Assembly (NCBI RefSeq): GCF_009914755.1
Contig: NC_060948.1
Strand: one strand, 5' to 3'
DNA: 64,000 nucleotides
From: the human T2T-CHM13v2.0 reference genome, Homo sapiens
Below, one piece after another: positions 22,736 to 36,088 of this stretch. The position numbers were made by a program, and so were the translations under genes. The stretch's first letter is position 1, and each line of letters begins with the position of its first letter. Below the pieces are notes generated by a model. That model saw nothing but the letters and a program-made list of their open reading frames with translations. It was not told the origin of the DNA and did no database searches.

Positions 22736-23033
22736 ATGATTCCATTACCAAGCAGTGCTTTAAGAGGTTTCTATTAGTCCTAAATACTGGTTCTGTACAA
22801 AAATAAAATTAAAAAAATTAAATAGCAAAAAGGCACTGTTAACACTGGCATGAATAAACGAAGAGAAAAAGGTGAAACAGAATAGATTATATCAAAGACA
22901 TTTTTGAAACTGCCATGAAGCATTTTTTTTTTTTTAAATCAAGCATTGCTTAAAACATTCAAGACATGAGAAATGCATACTGGTGGAAGATAGTTGTTTC
23001 TTTTTTTTTTTTTCTTTTTCTTGCAATGGAGTC

Positions 23034-23598
23034 TGTGGCAGAGCAGGAGGGCTGTCATCTTGTACAAACACCACCACTTTAAGTTCCAGCTTCCTTTTTA
23101 GACTCATGCATTTCAAGGAAATCATTTCTCTTCTAACTACAAGCAGGCAGAAAGAGCAGACAGTAAAACATAGATACGACAGCTCAGGCATAGAGGGAGG
23201 TGGGGTAAAAGTCTCTTAAGTAACTGCCAAACTTCACCCTCATACAATGGGCCCCAGTAAAACAGTAGGCCTTAATAAGCACATTCCCTTACCTTGAGCT
23301 GCACTAAGATAGGGAAGCTAAAAGCACACTCGTGGGGTATGCTTGCAGCTGCAGGAAGATCTGTGGGAAGAGACACACAGCTCTCCCTCCCAGATAAGAA
23401 CAACAAAGAGACAGAGAAGCAGTCCAAGCCTCTGATAAATGCTCCCATCTGGAATTCTTAAAAGCTCTAAGTCTCTAAGAGAGTGTGCCTCTGACCTAAC
23501 TTGGCGAGAAGGCTCCTCTCAAGTTTGTTTTCTCTAAAATAAACCTGTCTTCACTGGTGAGCCACCTTGCATGTTTCTTTCCTCTTTCTTTAATTCTT
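23034..23598 (+). mobile_element. ERV1-class solo LTR (LTR10-like, subfamily tentative)
   Basis: TG start, about 565 bp, AATAAA at ~23538; ends tttcctctttctttaattctt with the terminal ACA missing. Confidence 0.75.
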
Positions 23599-23807
23599 TT
23601 TTATTTGTTATTATACTATAAGTTTTAGGGTACATGTGCACAATGTGCAGTTTAGTTACATATGTATAGATGTGCCATGTTGGTGTGCTGTACCAATTAA
23701 CTTGTCATTTAATATTAGGTATATCTCCTAATGCTATCCCTCCCTGCTCCCCCGACCCCATAACAGGCCCCAGTGTGTGATGTTCCCCTTCCTGTGTCCA
23801 TGTGTTC
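23599..23807 (-). mobile_element. L1PA (PA4/5-like) 3' UTR fragment
   Basis: ttattatactataagttttagggtacatgtgcac ... gtgtccatgtgttc. Confidence 0.92.
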
Positions 23808-24364
23808 CACCCAGGCTGGAGTGCAGTGGCATGATTTTGGCTCACCACAACCTTTTCCTCCTGGGTTCAAGGGATTCTCCTGCTTCAGCCTCTGGAGGAG
23901 CTGGGAGTACAGGTGCACAATAACACATCTGGCTAATTTTTGTATTCTTAGTAAAGACAAGGTTTCACTATATTGCTCAGGCTGGTCTTGAATGCCTAGC
24001 CTCAAATGATCAGCCTGCCTTGGTCTCTGAAAGTGTTGGGTTTACAGGTGTGAGACACCACACCTGGCCTGCTAGTTATTTCTTAATACTCCCTTTGCAG
24101 AATGCGTCTTTCATGGGGTTATCCGTATTCTGTTTACTATTACATTTCATTTTATTTCTTTTGTTTGTTTTGCCTTTAAAAACTTAGAATCTCCAAGATG
24201 GTAATGTGACCCCTGTTTACAAATTCACATGTGAAGTTTACAACTTCACATTAAATTTGTGTTCTGACTTGGGATAACGTCTTAATTACCAAATATCTGT
24301 GACTCTAAGCAGCTCATTTTTCTTCACATGTTAATCTGATAATGCATTTTCTAAAAAGTTAATT

Positions 24365-24900
24365 GTGTTAGTTTTTTTTACATTTGTGCAATGATTTGTC
24401 ACAAACTTAACAGCTACAGCACCATGTAATGATTTATCAAAAACTTAACAGCTTGCAACAGCACACATTGATCATCTCACAATTTCTGTTGTTCAGTCAT
24501 CTTACCAAACTCACTTGTATCCTCTGCTCTGAGTCAAAAAAAGCAGAAATCAAGGAGTCAATCAAGGCTATGGTCTCCTTGAGGTTAGGGAGTCCTCTTT
24601 CAAATTTATTTATTGAAAGAATATATTATATTTTCTTGCAGCTATGTAACTCACACTGTCCTGATTGTTTAAAATCAGCAATTGACAGCCATTCTTCAGG
24701 AGGGATTCTTCTTTTAAGAGATGTTACCTGATTGAATCAGATTTCATTTATCTACCAAATGGATATTAGAAGAATAACAGCCATTAAATGAACTAAACCT
24801 AAACTGATTTGCAAATTAGCTCGCCCCCTTTGAGATATTCTATTAGTGAGGAGTTGGTCACAGGTTCTGCTTGCACTAGGTGGAGAGAATTATACAAAAA
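24365..24900 (-). mobile_element. Old MaLR-like LTR fragments
   Basis: cacaaacttaacagct; atcatctcacaatttctg; gcagaaatcaagg; gtcacaggttctgc. Confidence 0.45.
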
Positions 24901-25033
24901 AGTAACCCTTTTGGGGTTCTGTCAGGGTGTGCCCATCAATATGCATTGTCTTCTTCATAATCTTTTAAAAAAACATTCCGAGAAAGAAAAATCTTTCAAT
25001 CTTCAGTAGGCAGAGAATGGCACTTTCTATTAC

Positions 25034-25118
25034 AGACTCTTGGATTCAGCCCATTCTTTATCACTTGTGGAAGACAACTTTCCATGGAGATTTTCTCCCT
25101 CTGTTTCGAATTTATTGT
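25034..25118 (-). pseudogene. Candidate exon (85 bp, acceptor decayed) of the minus-strand gene relic
   Basis: Pyrimidine tract then ttAA instead of AG; donor gtaata. Open in phase 1 to 2 (NKFETEGENLHGKLSSTSDKEWAESKS) and joins in frame to the 16.9-kb exon. Confidence 0.45.
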
Positions 25119-25920
25119 TTAAACGGAAAATAAATTTTTTTATGGTTTGATTACCAATTTTGTATCTTATCATTCATTTATAAAAAATAAGATTCCCAGT
25201 AATAATTTAATAGCTTTGATTTTGGAAGTACTTTTTACTTGTGTGTGCTAGTGGGGGTGTTAGATTGTGTCACGGAGGAAGACTTTTGAACTTACTAAGG
25301 CTTTAATCTTTCTAAATCTCATTTTTCTCAGTCATAACAGTGGAATAATGCTCACGAGTACAGTGTGAGTGCATATAAGCTAGTCTTATGTAAACATTTT
25401 TGTAACAATTAAATAATTTTGTAACAATTAAATAATTTTATAACAATCATAAAAAATGTGTAACACATCATGAAAACATTTTTGTATAGTTAAGTATACC
25501 ATAATATTGATGTTACTACTAAGGATAACAGAAATAGTGAGATCATCAAATCAAAGTAACAAAACTCTAGAACTTACCCAGTTTTATTAGTAATTTAAAG
25601 TACACAGATAATTATGAAGTACAGTTAAAATTGGAGATGGTATGGGACATTCATCACTGGTCCCAAAGTAATTCTTTGTCACACCAACATATGTACATAT
25701 GCTGGATATATGTACATCCCAGTACATATCCACTGACTGGATATATTTCTGTCTTTAGTGCATAAAGTTACATTATTAATATGGAAGGGAGCAACTTTGG
25801 GTGTAAAATTTTTCTAATGTCTACTCATCTAATTACATAAAAGTTTTCACGGTGCCATTTTCTATAATTTCATAAAGTCCAGGTCTGCTTATCAGAAGTG
25901 ATTCTAGCCAGGCTTCTTAC

Positions 25921-25958
25921 ATCCAACCAAGAGCATTCCACATTTAATGACTCTTCCT
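25921..25958 (-). pseudogene. Candidate exon (38 bp) of the minus-strand gene relic
   Basis: ctatttttttgccag| ... |gtaaga; open in phase 1 to 0 (EEESLNVECSWLD), in frame with the 121-bp form of the 28.5-kb exon. Confidence 0.5.
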
Positions 25959-26385
25959 CTGGCAAAAAAATAGTAAGTGTCCAGGAGGTTTCTCCCTGAC
26001 ATGTTTTCAAGGGGATTTGACCAGTTTACTTCTCTTCTTCCTTTACCAGGGGCTTCTATCTTCCCCATAAAAGGGAAGTATGAATTGCAGAGCTGTTATT
26101 TCACACCTTTCTTCCCTCTGTTGATAATGAGCAGTCAGACACAGTGGTTTTCACTTGGTGTTTCCCAAAGCCTTGGATGATAGTACATAGAAGTTTCTTC
26201 AGCAGCAAATGTTGAGAAAATCCACCTGTGTAGAGACAATGTTGGCTTCCCTAACCTTTTCCTCAACTAAGTCATTTTTTTCTATATTCTGTACAAATTA
26301 GACTCCTGCCCATGATTCTACCAGAACCAAGGATTTTGTAGCTCAAAAAGTTATGTTTGTACCAATGTTAAAAGAACATAATAAT

Positions 26386-26746
26386 TGATATGGTTTGGCT
26401 GTGTCCCAACCTAAATCATAATTTGAATTGTAGCTTCCATAATCGCCATGTGTCATGGGCGGGACCTGGTGGAAGGTAATTAAATCATGGGGGTGGGTTT
26501 TTCCCATGCTGCTTTCATGATAGTGAATAAATCTCATGAGATCTGATGGTTTTATAAAGGCAGTTCCCCTGCACACACTCTCTTTCCTGCCACCATGTAA
26601 CATGTGTCTTTGCTTCTCCTTCACCTTACACCATGATTGTGAGCCGTCCCCCACCATGTGGAAGAGTGAAAAGAAAAACTTCTTTTTCTTTATAAATTAC
26701 CCGGTCTCAGGTATGTCCTTATCCCAGCGTGAGAATGCACTAGAGA
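26386..26746 (+). mobile_element. THE1 (THE1D-like) MaLR solo LTR
   Basis: tgatatggtttggctgtgtccc start; 5-bp TSD ATAAT at 26381-26385 and 26747-26751. Confidence 0.92.
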
Positions 26747-27299
26747 ATAATTTTTTTTATCCTGTAACAAAGAAAATGTAGGCATAAAAGGCAGTCATGG
26801 ATTAAGGATAATTTTTGAGGATTATAGAAAGGAGAAACATTGTTCTCAACTGGGAGGCTTTCCTTTTTCACATTTCTCTGCTCTTCTACTGAATTCTATA
26901 AATATTAAATTTATTTCAATGCTCAGCTTAGCATGTTTTCCCACTGAGTCATAATAGGCACTGATATAGTGCTTTCTCTCTCCTCTGAACAAAAAGACAT
27001 ACTGTTTTTTCTACTATTTTGGTAGTTATTTTCCTACTATATCATGAGAACTTTTTTCTCATACTGATATTTTCGTTCACCTTTTCCTGTTTCCTCTCAG
27101 GAAAGTAGCATAGAAAGCATACATTTCTCTCAAAAGTAGTAATTCCCATGAGGGCAGAGATTACATTTTAGCATGCATCATTTATTTCCAAAGTAGTTCA
27201 TTAAGGACATATTAGACTCATAAAGGGTGACTTTAATAGTTTCATATGTTGCTATGCTATTTTGAATGAATGTGCCCCTACTTGGCTACATAGCTTTCT

Positions 27300-28015
27300 T
27301 ATTGGCATATACTATTTGTACATATTTATGGGGCACAAGTGGTATTTTGTTCCATGCATAGAATGTGTAATGATCAAATCAGGGTATATGGGGTATCCAT
27401 AACCTTAAACGTTTATTATTTCTTTGCGTTGGGAATATTTCAAATCTCTTCTAGTTATTTGAAATATGGACTAGAATTGTTGCTAACTATAGTCACCCTG
27501 CTGTGCTAAAGAACATTAGCACATATTCCTTCTATCTAACTGTGCGTTTGTGCCCATTCACCAGTCTCTCTTCATCCCTCACCATTCCCAGCCTCTGGTA
27601 ATCTTCATTCTACTCTCTACTTCCATGAGGTCAACTTTCCTCAGCTCCCACATATGAATGAGAATATGCAATATTTGTCTTTCTGTGCCTGGCTTATTTT
27701 CTTTAACATAATGGATGTTCCATCCATCATTCTGCAAATGACAATATTTCTTTCTTTTAAAAAGCTGAGTAGCATTCTGTTGAGAATATATACCACATTT
27801 TCCTTATCCATTTATCTGTTGGTGGACTCTTATGCTGATTCGATAACTTTATTATTGTGAATAGTGCTGCCATAAACATGCGAGTGCAGGTATCCCTTGA
27901 TATACTGACTTCTTTTTCTTTGAATAAATACCCAGTAGTGGATTTGCTGGACTATATGGTAGTTCTATTTTCAGTTTTTTGAGAAAACTCCATGATGCTT
28001 TCCTTAATGGCTGTA
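27300..28015 (-). mobile_element. L1MA-like 3' fragment
   Basis: tgtacatatttatgggg; ctcccacatatgaatgagaatatgc; atacccagtagtgga. Confidence 0.88.
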
Positions 28016-28483
28016 GTATCTGCTAGTACATTGATAAAGAGCATATAATTTGTGGCAAGAATTTGCTTATTTTAGCATCAATTTCTATCATAAATTGTTT
28101 AGGCCAAAACAGAAATGATGTAAAAAATACATATATCTTGTTTCCATTCTCCCACAAATGGTGAAAACATATTTATTTCAGGAGAATGAAACAAATAGAA
28201 ACAAAACCACTACATATTTATTCATAGACAGTCCACAGTATATTACTTTGTCCATAGTTATGAAAAACATTGGAATGGTCAGTGAGATGCAACTTAGCCA
28301 GCAAGCATTTGAAACACAGTAAAACATTTGAAAATGTGTCTAATGTATATCCCAGGAGCATTTTACCAATGCATATAAATGAATTTAGATACCAGACTCC
28401 GCTTACATTCCTTTTTTTTTATGATTACCCTCCTCAGTTCTGGTTAACATTGAACTAACTTACCTGAAAGGTAAAGATCTTAC

Positions 28484-28604
28484 CTGGAATAGTTGTTGAA
28501 GATGCTGCAGTGTTAACCCTGGTTTTCAGCAACAGGTGACGCTCTCTTTCATCAACTTCATTCCCTGATGGCATGAATTCTGCTGCCTTTTTCTTCTTGA
28601 CAGG
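28484..28604 (-). pseudogene. Candidate exon (121 bp; 141 bp with the alternative donor at 28464) of the minus-strand gene relic
   Basis: ttttaacacag| ... CAG|gtaaga, with a second CAG|gtaagt 20 nt further on; open frame PVKKKKAAEFMPSGNEVDERERHLLLKTRVNTAASSTTIP. Confidence 0.65.
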
Positions 28605-28619
28605 CTGTGTTAAAATATT

Positions 28620-28800
28620 TTTAAGATTTATTTCATTTTAGTATTATTTATTTACTTATTTCAATAGCCTTTGGGGTACACATGGTTTTTGGTTAGATGG
28701 ATGAAGTATATAGCGGTGAAGTCTGAGATTTTAGTGTACCTGTCACCTAAATAGTGTACATTGTACCTGGTATGTACTTTTTTATCCTTCACTCCCCTCT
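28620..28800 (-). mobile_element. L1PB-like 3' end fragment
   Basis: tttcaatagcctttggggtacacatggtttttggttagatggatgaa ... tgagattttagtg. Confidence 0.8.
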
Positions 28801-29049
28801 CTTTTTTTAATTATGGTCTTTATTTTGTCAATTGAGCCTGGAAACTGATTTCGTGTCACACACACCTTCATTTGAACTTCTAAACTCTCTCATCTCCTAG
28901 GCACTGAAGTAATTCATAATGTTGATGGAAAAGGATGATGATGTTTAATTATTATCCACAGGAATAACTTAACTGAACTCACAATCTCCAATAGAGTTTC
29001 TACTTTGTTATTTTTTCAGGGGTGGAGTGATATTTTTCTTTCTATCTGT

Positions 29050-29681
29050 TTATTTTCTTCCAACTTTTATTTTAGATTTAGGGTTACGTGTGCAGTTTTG
29101 TTATATGGGTAAACTGGGTGTCAGAGGAATTTGGTGTACAAATTATTTCTCCAGGCAGGTAATTAGCATAGTATTCAATGAGTGGTTCTTCAACCTTCTC
29201 CCTTGTCCCACCTCCCACTCTCAAGTAGGCTCCAGAACCTATTGTTTTCTTTTTTTTGTTTCCATGTGTGCGCAATGTTTAGCCCTCACTTATAAGTAAA
29301 AATGTGGCATTTCATTTTCTGTTTCTGTGTTAGTTTGCTTAGGATAATGGTCTCCAGTTGCATCTGTGTTGCTGCAAAGAAAATGGTTTCATTCTTTTTT
29401 TATGGTTGCATAGTATTCTATGATGCATATGTACCACATTTTCTTTATCCAGGCTTCCATTGATGGGCATCTAAGTTGATTCAATGTCCTTTCTATGGTG
29501 AGTTGTGCTGCAATGAATGAACATACTCGTATGTCTTTTTCATACAATGATTTATGTTACTTTGGGTATATACCCAGTAATGGGATTGCTGGGTCAAACG
29601 ATAATTCTTTTTTAAGTCCTTTGAGAAATCCCCAAACTGCTTTCCACAGTGGCTGCTGGTGGGAATGTAAACTACTTCAGC
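29050..29681 (-). mobile_element. L1PA15/16-like 3' fragment with a ~27-bp 5' inversion
   Basis: Minus-strand 3' UTR and ORF2 end up to ttccacagtggctg, then the next L1 segment in sense orientation (ctggtgggaatgtaaactacttcagc, 29655-29681). Confidence 0.85.
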
Positions 29682-30241
29682 TATTACATTCTTTATAAAT
29701 TTTTATATTTTGTCTGCAAATAACTCATAAATCTTTAAATAAATTGTTCATTGTTTCCCTTTCCAACTCATCTGTAATTTTCATGAAACGGAAAAAAATA
29801 AGTTTCTTCATTATTTCACTGCTTTAAATTAGACTAATTCTGCCTCTGCTTCTGAGAGCAGGATTCAGGCCAAAATCAGCTTGGTTGAGCACCTCAGAAC
29901 ATCTACGTGTCTCTGGGCAAATACTGTGGCTAACTACACCTGGAATAGACCCAGCTGTACCCTGGAAAGGGCAGTAATATGAGAACAGAAGACAGAGACA
30001 ACTAATTTATGTCCTTCAAAATGTCATAATCAGTAATCAATTAGTTATTCACAAAGGTCAATAAAATTGATAAGCTACTAGTGAGACAAGCCAAAAAAAT
30101 TGAAAGCATACACTATTAATCAGAAGAAAGAGGAAGAAAGGAAAGAGGTGCCACCACTACTGATCTCATGGACATTAAATGAAAATAAGAAAAAGATTAT
30201 ATTATGAACAATTCTATGCCCACATATTTCATGATTTAGAT

Positions 30242-30553
30242 CAGGAGTCTCTATCCCTGGGGCCATGGACTAGTACAGGTCGGTGGCTTGCTAGAAGCTA
30301 GGCAGAAGGAGGTGAATGGCAGGCAAATGAGGAGGTAAATGGCAGGCAAATGATCAGAGCTTCCTCTGTATTTATAGCCACTCCCTATCACTGGCATTGC
30401 TGCCTGAACTCCATCTTCTTTCAGATCATCAGCAGCATTAGATTCTCATAGGAGAACAAACCCAATTGTGAACTGTGCATGGGAGGGTTCTAGGTTGCAC
30501 TCTCCTTGTATGAATCTAATGCCTGATGATCTGCCACTGTCTCCCATCACACA
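30242..30553 (+). mobile_element. MER1A-like hAT-Charlie DNA transposon fragment
   Basis: cagcagcattagattctcataggag; attgtgaactgtgcatgggagg; gaatctaatgcctgatgatctg. Confidence 0.8.
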
Positions 30554-30559
30554 TCACCA

Positions 30560-30905
30560 CACTCATATGTTTTATATATATATATAAAATATGTAAACTC
30601 CATATATATGGGGTTATATATATAAGTGTATATACATATATAAAACTGGTATGGGAGTGTATATATATGAGTATGTGTATATGGTGTATATAATTTCCGA
30701 ATTCTTATTGGTGAATTGTCATGGGCCATATATAGAGAGAGAGACAGATGATAGATATCATATCTGTATCACATATATACATATGTCAAAATTTTCATAT
30801 AGATATAAATCTTCATATATATGCTTTTATATATCTTACTGGTTCTATGATACAGGTTTAGACATATATCATATAAGGGAGTTGTATCATATATCATATA
30901 AAGGG
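30560..30905. repeat. Degenerate (TA)-rich low-complexity tract
   Basis: Direct inspection. Confidence 0.85.
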
Positions 30906-30911
30906 AATTGT

Positions 30912-31229
30912 ACCTTGGTATCTGTGGGAGATTGGTTTGAGGATATTTCAAGGATATTAAAATCAATGTCTACAAAAATCCGTCCTATAAAATGGTGTCA
31001 TATTTGCATGTAACCTACACACATTCTCCTACATACTTTAAATCATCTCTATATTACTTGTAATACTCAATACAATGCAAATGCTGTGCAAGCAAGCATT
31101 GTACTACAATTTTAAAATGTATTATTGTTTTAATAGTTGTACCGCAATTATTTATTTTTGAAAATAGTTTTAAAATATGGTTGATTGAACCCATGCATGT
31201 GGAACCCACAGATATAGAGGTCCTACTGT
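30912..31229 (+). mobile_element. MER2-like Tigger DNA transposon
   Basis: ccttggtatctgtgggagattggttt ... tatttgcatgtaacctacacacattctcc ... gtggaacccacagatatagagg. Confidence 0.8.
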
Positions 31230-31234
31230 ATTTG

Positions 31235-31545
31235 TTTTGTTTGTTTTTTGTAACAGAACCTCACTCTGTTGCCCAGGCTGGATGCAGTGCCATGATCTCA
31301 GCTTATGGAAACCTCTACCCCCAAGGTGCAAGTGATTCTCATGCCTCAGCCTCCTGAGTAGCTGGGATTATAGACACACACCACTATGCCCAGCTAGTTT
31401 TTTTTTTTTTTTTTTTTTTTTTAAGTAGAGATGAGGTTTCACCATGATGGCCAGGCTAGTCTCAAACTTCTGGTCTTAATTGATATACTCCTGTCTCGGC
31501 CTCCCAAAATGTTGGGATTACAGATATGAGCCACTGCACCAGGCC
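31235..31545 (-). mobile_element. Alu SINE (S/J-like)
   Basis: tcactctgttgcccaggctgga ... gagccactgcaccaggcc. Confidence 0.9.
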
Positions 31546-31619
31546 AATGTCCAACTATTTTTGATATACAAGTAGATTATATCTCTATCTACTTATCTAT
31601 CTATCATCTATCTATCTAT

Positions 31620-32270
31620 CCATAGATTTATTATGAGAAATTGGGTCACAAAATTATGAGCTGAGAAGTCCCATGATCTACCTTCCACAAGCTAGACATT
31701 CAAGAAAAGTCTCTTGTATAATCTGATCCAAGACTAAAGATGAGAACATCTATGAGAATCAAGTGAAATCCTAGGCCAAGGGCAGAAGCAGCCTCATGTC
31801 CCAGCTCAGGCAGGTAGTCAGGAAGCAAAAAGAGAAAACTCTTCTTTCCCTCTGCCTTTTTGTTTTACTGCGAACCTCAACAGACTTGCTGTTACCCACC
31901 CACACTGGGGAAGGTCATCTACATTATCAGTTCCACTGAGGCAAATGCCAATCTCATCCAGAAACACCCTCACTGACACACCCACAATCATGGGCAAGAT
32001 GTCCCTTGGTTTGTGGCCAAGTCTTCCCTGTCTCTCCTTCCTTCTCCATGTAGCCTTTCCTGTGTCAGCGTCTCCTCTTTTGTATCATCTTTTGACACCT
32101 GTCCTTGGATTTAGAGCCCACCTACATAATCCAGGTTAATCTCATCTTCAGATCTTCACCATAATGGCATCTTCAAAGGTGTGTTTCTCAAATAAGCTCA
32201 CATTCACAGGCTCCTGAGATTATGATAGGGACACACATTTTGGGAGACATCAGTCAGTCTACTGCAGCCT
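31620..32270. mobile_element. MLT2-like (+) and MLT1-like (-) LTR fragments
   Basis: ctgagaagtcccatgatct; aatctcatccagaaacaccctcactgacaca; ttggatttagagcccacc; aaataagctcacattcacagg. Confidence 0.65.
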
Positions 32271-32508
32271 TCAACAATGCTACCTTTTTTTAAAATATGT
32301 TCTTATTTTCTGTGTGTGCTCCATCCACTGAACTGATGATACAAATATTATGAACAGCTTTTGGCCCTCAAATAAAGTAGCTTTATGTACTGTTATGCCT
32401 AGTGGTACCCTAGAATCTGTTATCTAATTTATATCTTTACTGTTAGTATCTGCATATGATGTATTGCATTAGATTGCTGCAGAGACATTTACTTTCCCCT
32501 GCAAATAA

Positions 32509-33235
<727 letters not shown>

Positions 33236-34179
33236 ATTATCACTTCTTAACCTGTTTCCTTTCTTTACTAGATTGTGAGTCCCCCAAGGGCTAGTGGGCA
33301 ACTTGTTTGCCATAGTGACTGCCCTCTCACTCATGAACAGCTTTATTGCAAAATAGTGCCATATATGCTACGAAAGAGCTATTGAATAAGCTAACACATG
33401 TCCTATTTTATTCTTTACACTTCCAATTTAATATAGAGGTATAAAATACTGTTTCTAAGCAGTTTTTTTTTTCTTGTGACATGTTAGGCTATTTCAGAGG
33501 TGTTTGCATACCCTGGATAAAGTGTCCATTCATTTGTTCTGCATTTAAAAAAAAAAAAAACTCTGCTCTTCCTCATCTTGAACAAGGAGATGCTTCTCAC
33601 CACGCCAGTGGAAGGAAGTTCCCAAAACCTCAATGCTTGACAACTGCTGCAACATGGGCTGCAGGGCAGCTTGCCCTGACAGCTTTGGGCCCTTTCTGTT
33701 CCAAGCAGCAGTTGCCTCATAGTTTTAGCTGTGTTAGTTTCCTCCTACATTGAAAGTCTATTTTCCTACTTTTCTGAGCAGATCTGAAATAAATTTAAAA
33801 ACAAGTTGCTCTCAGATGCATTGCTACCAGGGCTCATTTTCTTAGCCCCCACCTAGAGCGTTACAGTTAGGGTCAAATTGTCTCTCAGGATACACAGCAC
33901 TGCTGGAAGCTTAGCAACAGATCCTGGAACCTGCACCTTCTCCCTGGATATAGAAAAACCGAACCAAGTGTGCAGAAATAGGTAAGGGATGCTTTGGGCT
34001 GAGGACAGACCAGTATAATGCTCTGGAGAGTAGCAGAATTTCTGTACATTTTATTGATTTTGGGGTTTATGTGTTGATCTTTGTGTTTAACTTAGGAATT
34101 GGCACTGTGTAAATGGTGAGGAGAATGTATTTGCTCTCTTTAGGTGGAATTCTAAGGTAGAGTGTTGACACACTACAGT

Positions 34180-34360
34180 CTGCCATCAGTCTGCCATAGG
34201 CCCTCTGGTCTGTTTTTTTAAGTCAAATTTTATGAGCACACAGTCAGGAACATGCAATTGCATGTTGTCTGTAGATGCTTTTGCTTTACAATGTCAGAGT
34301 GGACTACCTGGCTCACAAAGCTGAAAATATTGACTCTCTGTCCCTTATAGTAAATTGTGT
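34180..34360 (+). mobile_element. MER58A-like hAT element
   Basis: gttgtctgtagatgcttttgc; ggctcacaaagctgaaaatattgactctctgtccctta. Confidence 0.65.
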
Positions 34361-34488
34361 TCATCTTTGTTCTATGTCATCAAATGAAGGCGGAGTTGGT
34401 TATGATAAAAGACCTGTGTAGGTTTTTATGTTTCTGTGTCTCCTTCTTTGTTTTTGTTTTGTTTTTTTGTTTGTTTTTTTGTTTTTGT

Positions 34489-34595
34489 CTGGAAAATAAT
34501 TGGCTTCAGTCTCTGAAATCCTCCCAGATGCTGGCATTAACATCTCCATCATATTTTTAACTGTTATTGACACTTTGCTCTCTCTTGTCTTTACA
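34489..34595 (-). pseudogene. Candidate exon (107 bp, donor decayed) of the minus-strand gene relic
   Basis: ttttccacttttatag| acceptor; open in phase 2 (SVKTRESKVSITVKNMMEMLMPASGRISETEANYFP); ends CAG|acaaaa rather than GT. Confidence 0.55.
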
Positions 34596-34835
34596 CTATA
34601 AAAGTGGAAAACATGGTTTATTAGGCTTATACTAAGATCTGTATATTCAATATGTGGTATATGTGTTAGAAACATTTCTTTCTAAATTAAGACTTATGGT
34701 TTCTGGGTAAGAGGGTTTCTGCTCTATGATACATATTCCCAGACTTATTCTAGAAAAAATAGGTCTTTTTTTTTTTTTTCTTTTTTTTTTTTTTTGCAAA
34801 AGAAAGCATTTTGCCAAATTTGATGATGCAAATAA

Positions 34836-35175
34836 TGAGACAACCAGGTGGGAAGTGTTCCCTGGCAGAACCTCCAACCAACCTGTACACTGGGAGGAGA
34901 ACAGTGTGGGGTGGAGACACAAACGTTTGTACCATTTGCAGTGAGGAGCAGCTAGGTCCCTCCTCTTTCTGGGTGGTACATGGAATTCAAGCTGTGAGGC
35001 AAGAAGCACACTGGAGGACCTCTGTCTTGCAGAGTTCCTGTTTTCCATTTTTTTTTCCTTTTTATTCAATGAAGCTCTGCTTTACTCACCCTTCAAATCA
35101 TCTGCAAGTCTAAATTTTTATGGCTGTGTGACAAGGACCCTGTTTTTAGATGAACTAAGGAAAAGTCACACAACA
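34836..35175 (+). mobile_element. MER61-like ERV1 solo LTR
   Basis: tgagacaaccaggtgggaag ... gaactaaggaaaagtcacacaaca; TG..CA ends; imperfect 4-bp TSD (ataa/gtaa). Confidence 0.75.
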
Positions 35176-35832
35176 GTAATATGGAAGAGTTATGTAAAAA
35201 AAATGCAGGGATGGTAAGATATATATAAAATGAGGGTGTATTGATTGATACAGATATCTAAAGTTAACTCAAAAATTGCCATGGATGGTTTATGAAGGTT
35301 CCAGTTAAGTTTGTTTGGAAGCTATGGAAAATATGTCAATTCCAAATGACCCCAAGAATGATATAAATCATGTGTCTACCAGAAAAAGTCAAAGAAGTGA
35401 TGGTAAGGGCAATAACAGATCTTTTATTTTATACTAGCATGTAATTTAAATGTAGAATACTTTTAAAATTCATAAAAATAAACAAAAAATCAGCATTATC
35501 TTAATACTCTATAGAGAACTAATATTAATTATTATGCAATTTAACAATTTGATGCCTGGTCTCTTTTCCTATTGCTAAATGTTTGATATTTTAAGTGGTG
35601 TAATTGAGTGACTAAAAGGAATGCAGTAATTTAAGGAATTTCAAAGCCAATCATAAAAACTATATTAGAAACTAAAGGCCAATATAGTGTGAAAATTAAC
35701 TTAATGTCCATTGTGTGTGTGTGTTGTGTGTGTATGTGTGGAAATCAGAATAACATTACAGTAAAATAGTGTAATATGATTTGCATGAGAAATTCAAAAA
35801 TAATTTGAAGAAGAAATAAAATAGGACTTCAC

Positions 35833-35950
35833 CTTTCCTTTGCAAACATGTTTTGATGACAATTTATGAATAATTTGGTCCTACCAGTGCCCTTCAGGGA
35901 AATTCTGTTTGCTTTACAAGGTATTGAACATGATTCAATTTAATCACATT
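35833..35950 (-). pseudogene. Candidate exon (118 bp) of the minus-strand gene relic
   Basis: gtccttttcag| ... AAG|gtgaag; phase 1 to 2 with one stop: CD*IESCSIPCKANRISLKGTGRTKLFINCHQNMFAKE. Confidence 0.6.
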
Positions 35951-36088
35951 CTGAAAAGGACAATTGCTTATAAAATGATTATTTTGAAATAATCTTTATT
36001 TAGAGACTGATTTTTTAAATAATATTTTGTTTCCCTGTAAGCATATTGTCACATTGGTATTTATATTTTTTATATATAATTAAGTAAT

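Larger units (their letters stand above)
23000..24069 (-). mobile_element. AluS-like SINE split by an LTR and an L1 3' end
   Basis: T tail plus atggagtc at 23000-23033; the Alu body resumes at 23808. TSD tagtt(g/a)tttctt at 22991-23002 and 24073-24084. Confidence 0.85.

Noticed and set aside
24222-24260. Short hairpin (atgtgaagtt-tac-aacttcacat) and small palindromes at ~25688 and ~61880
   Set aside because: Stems of about 10 bp are expected by chance in AT-rich DNA and are too short for a pre-miRNA or MITE call.
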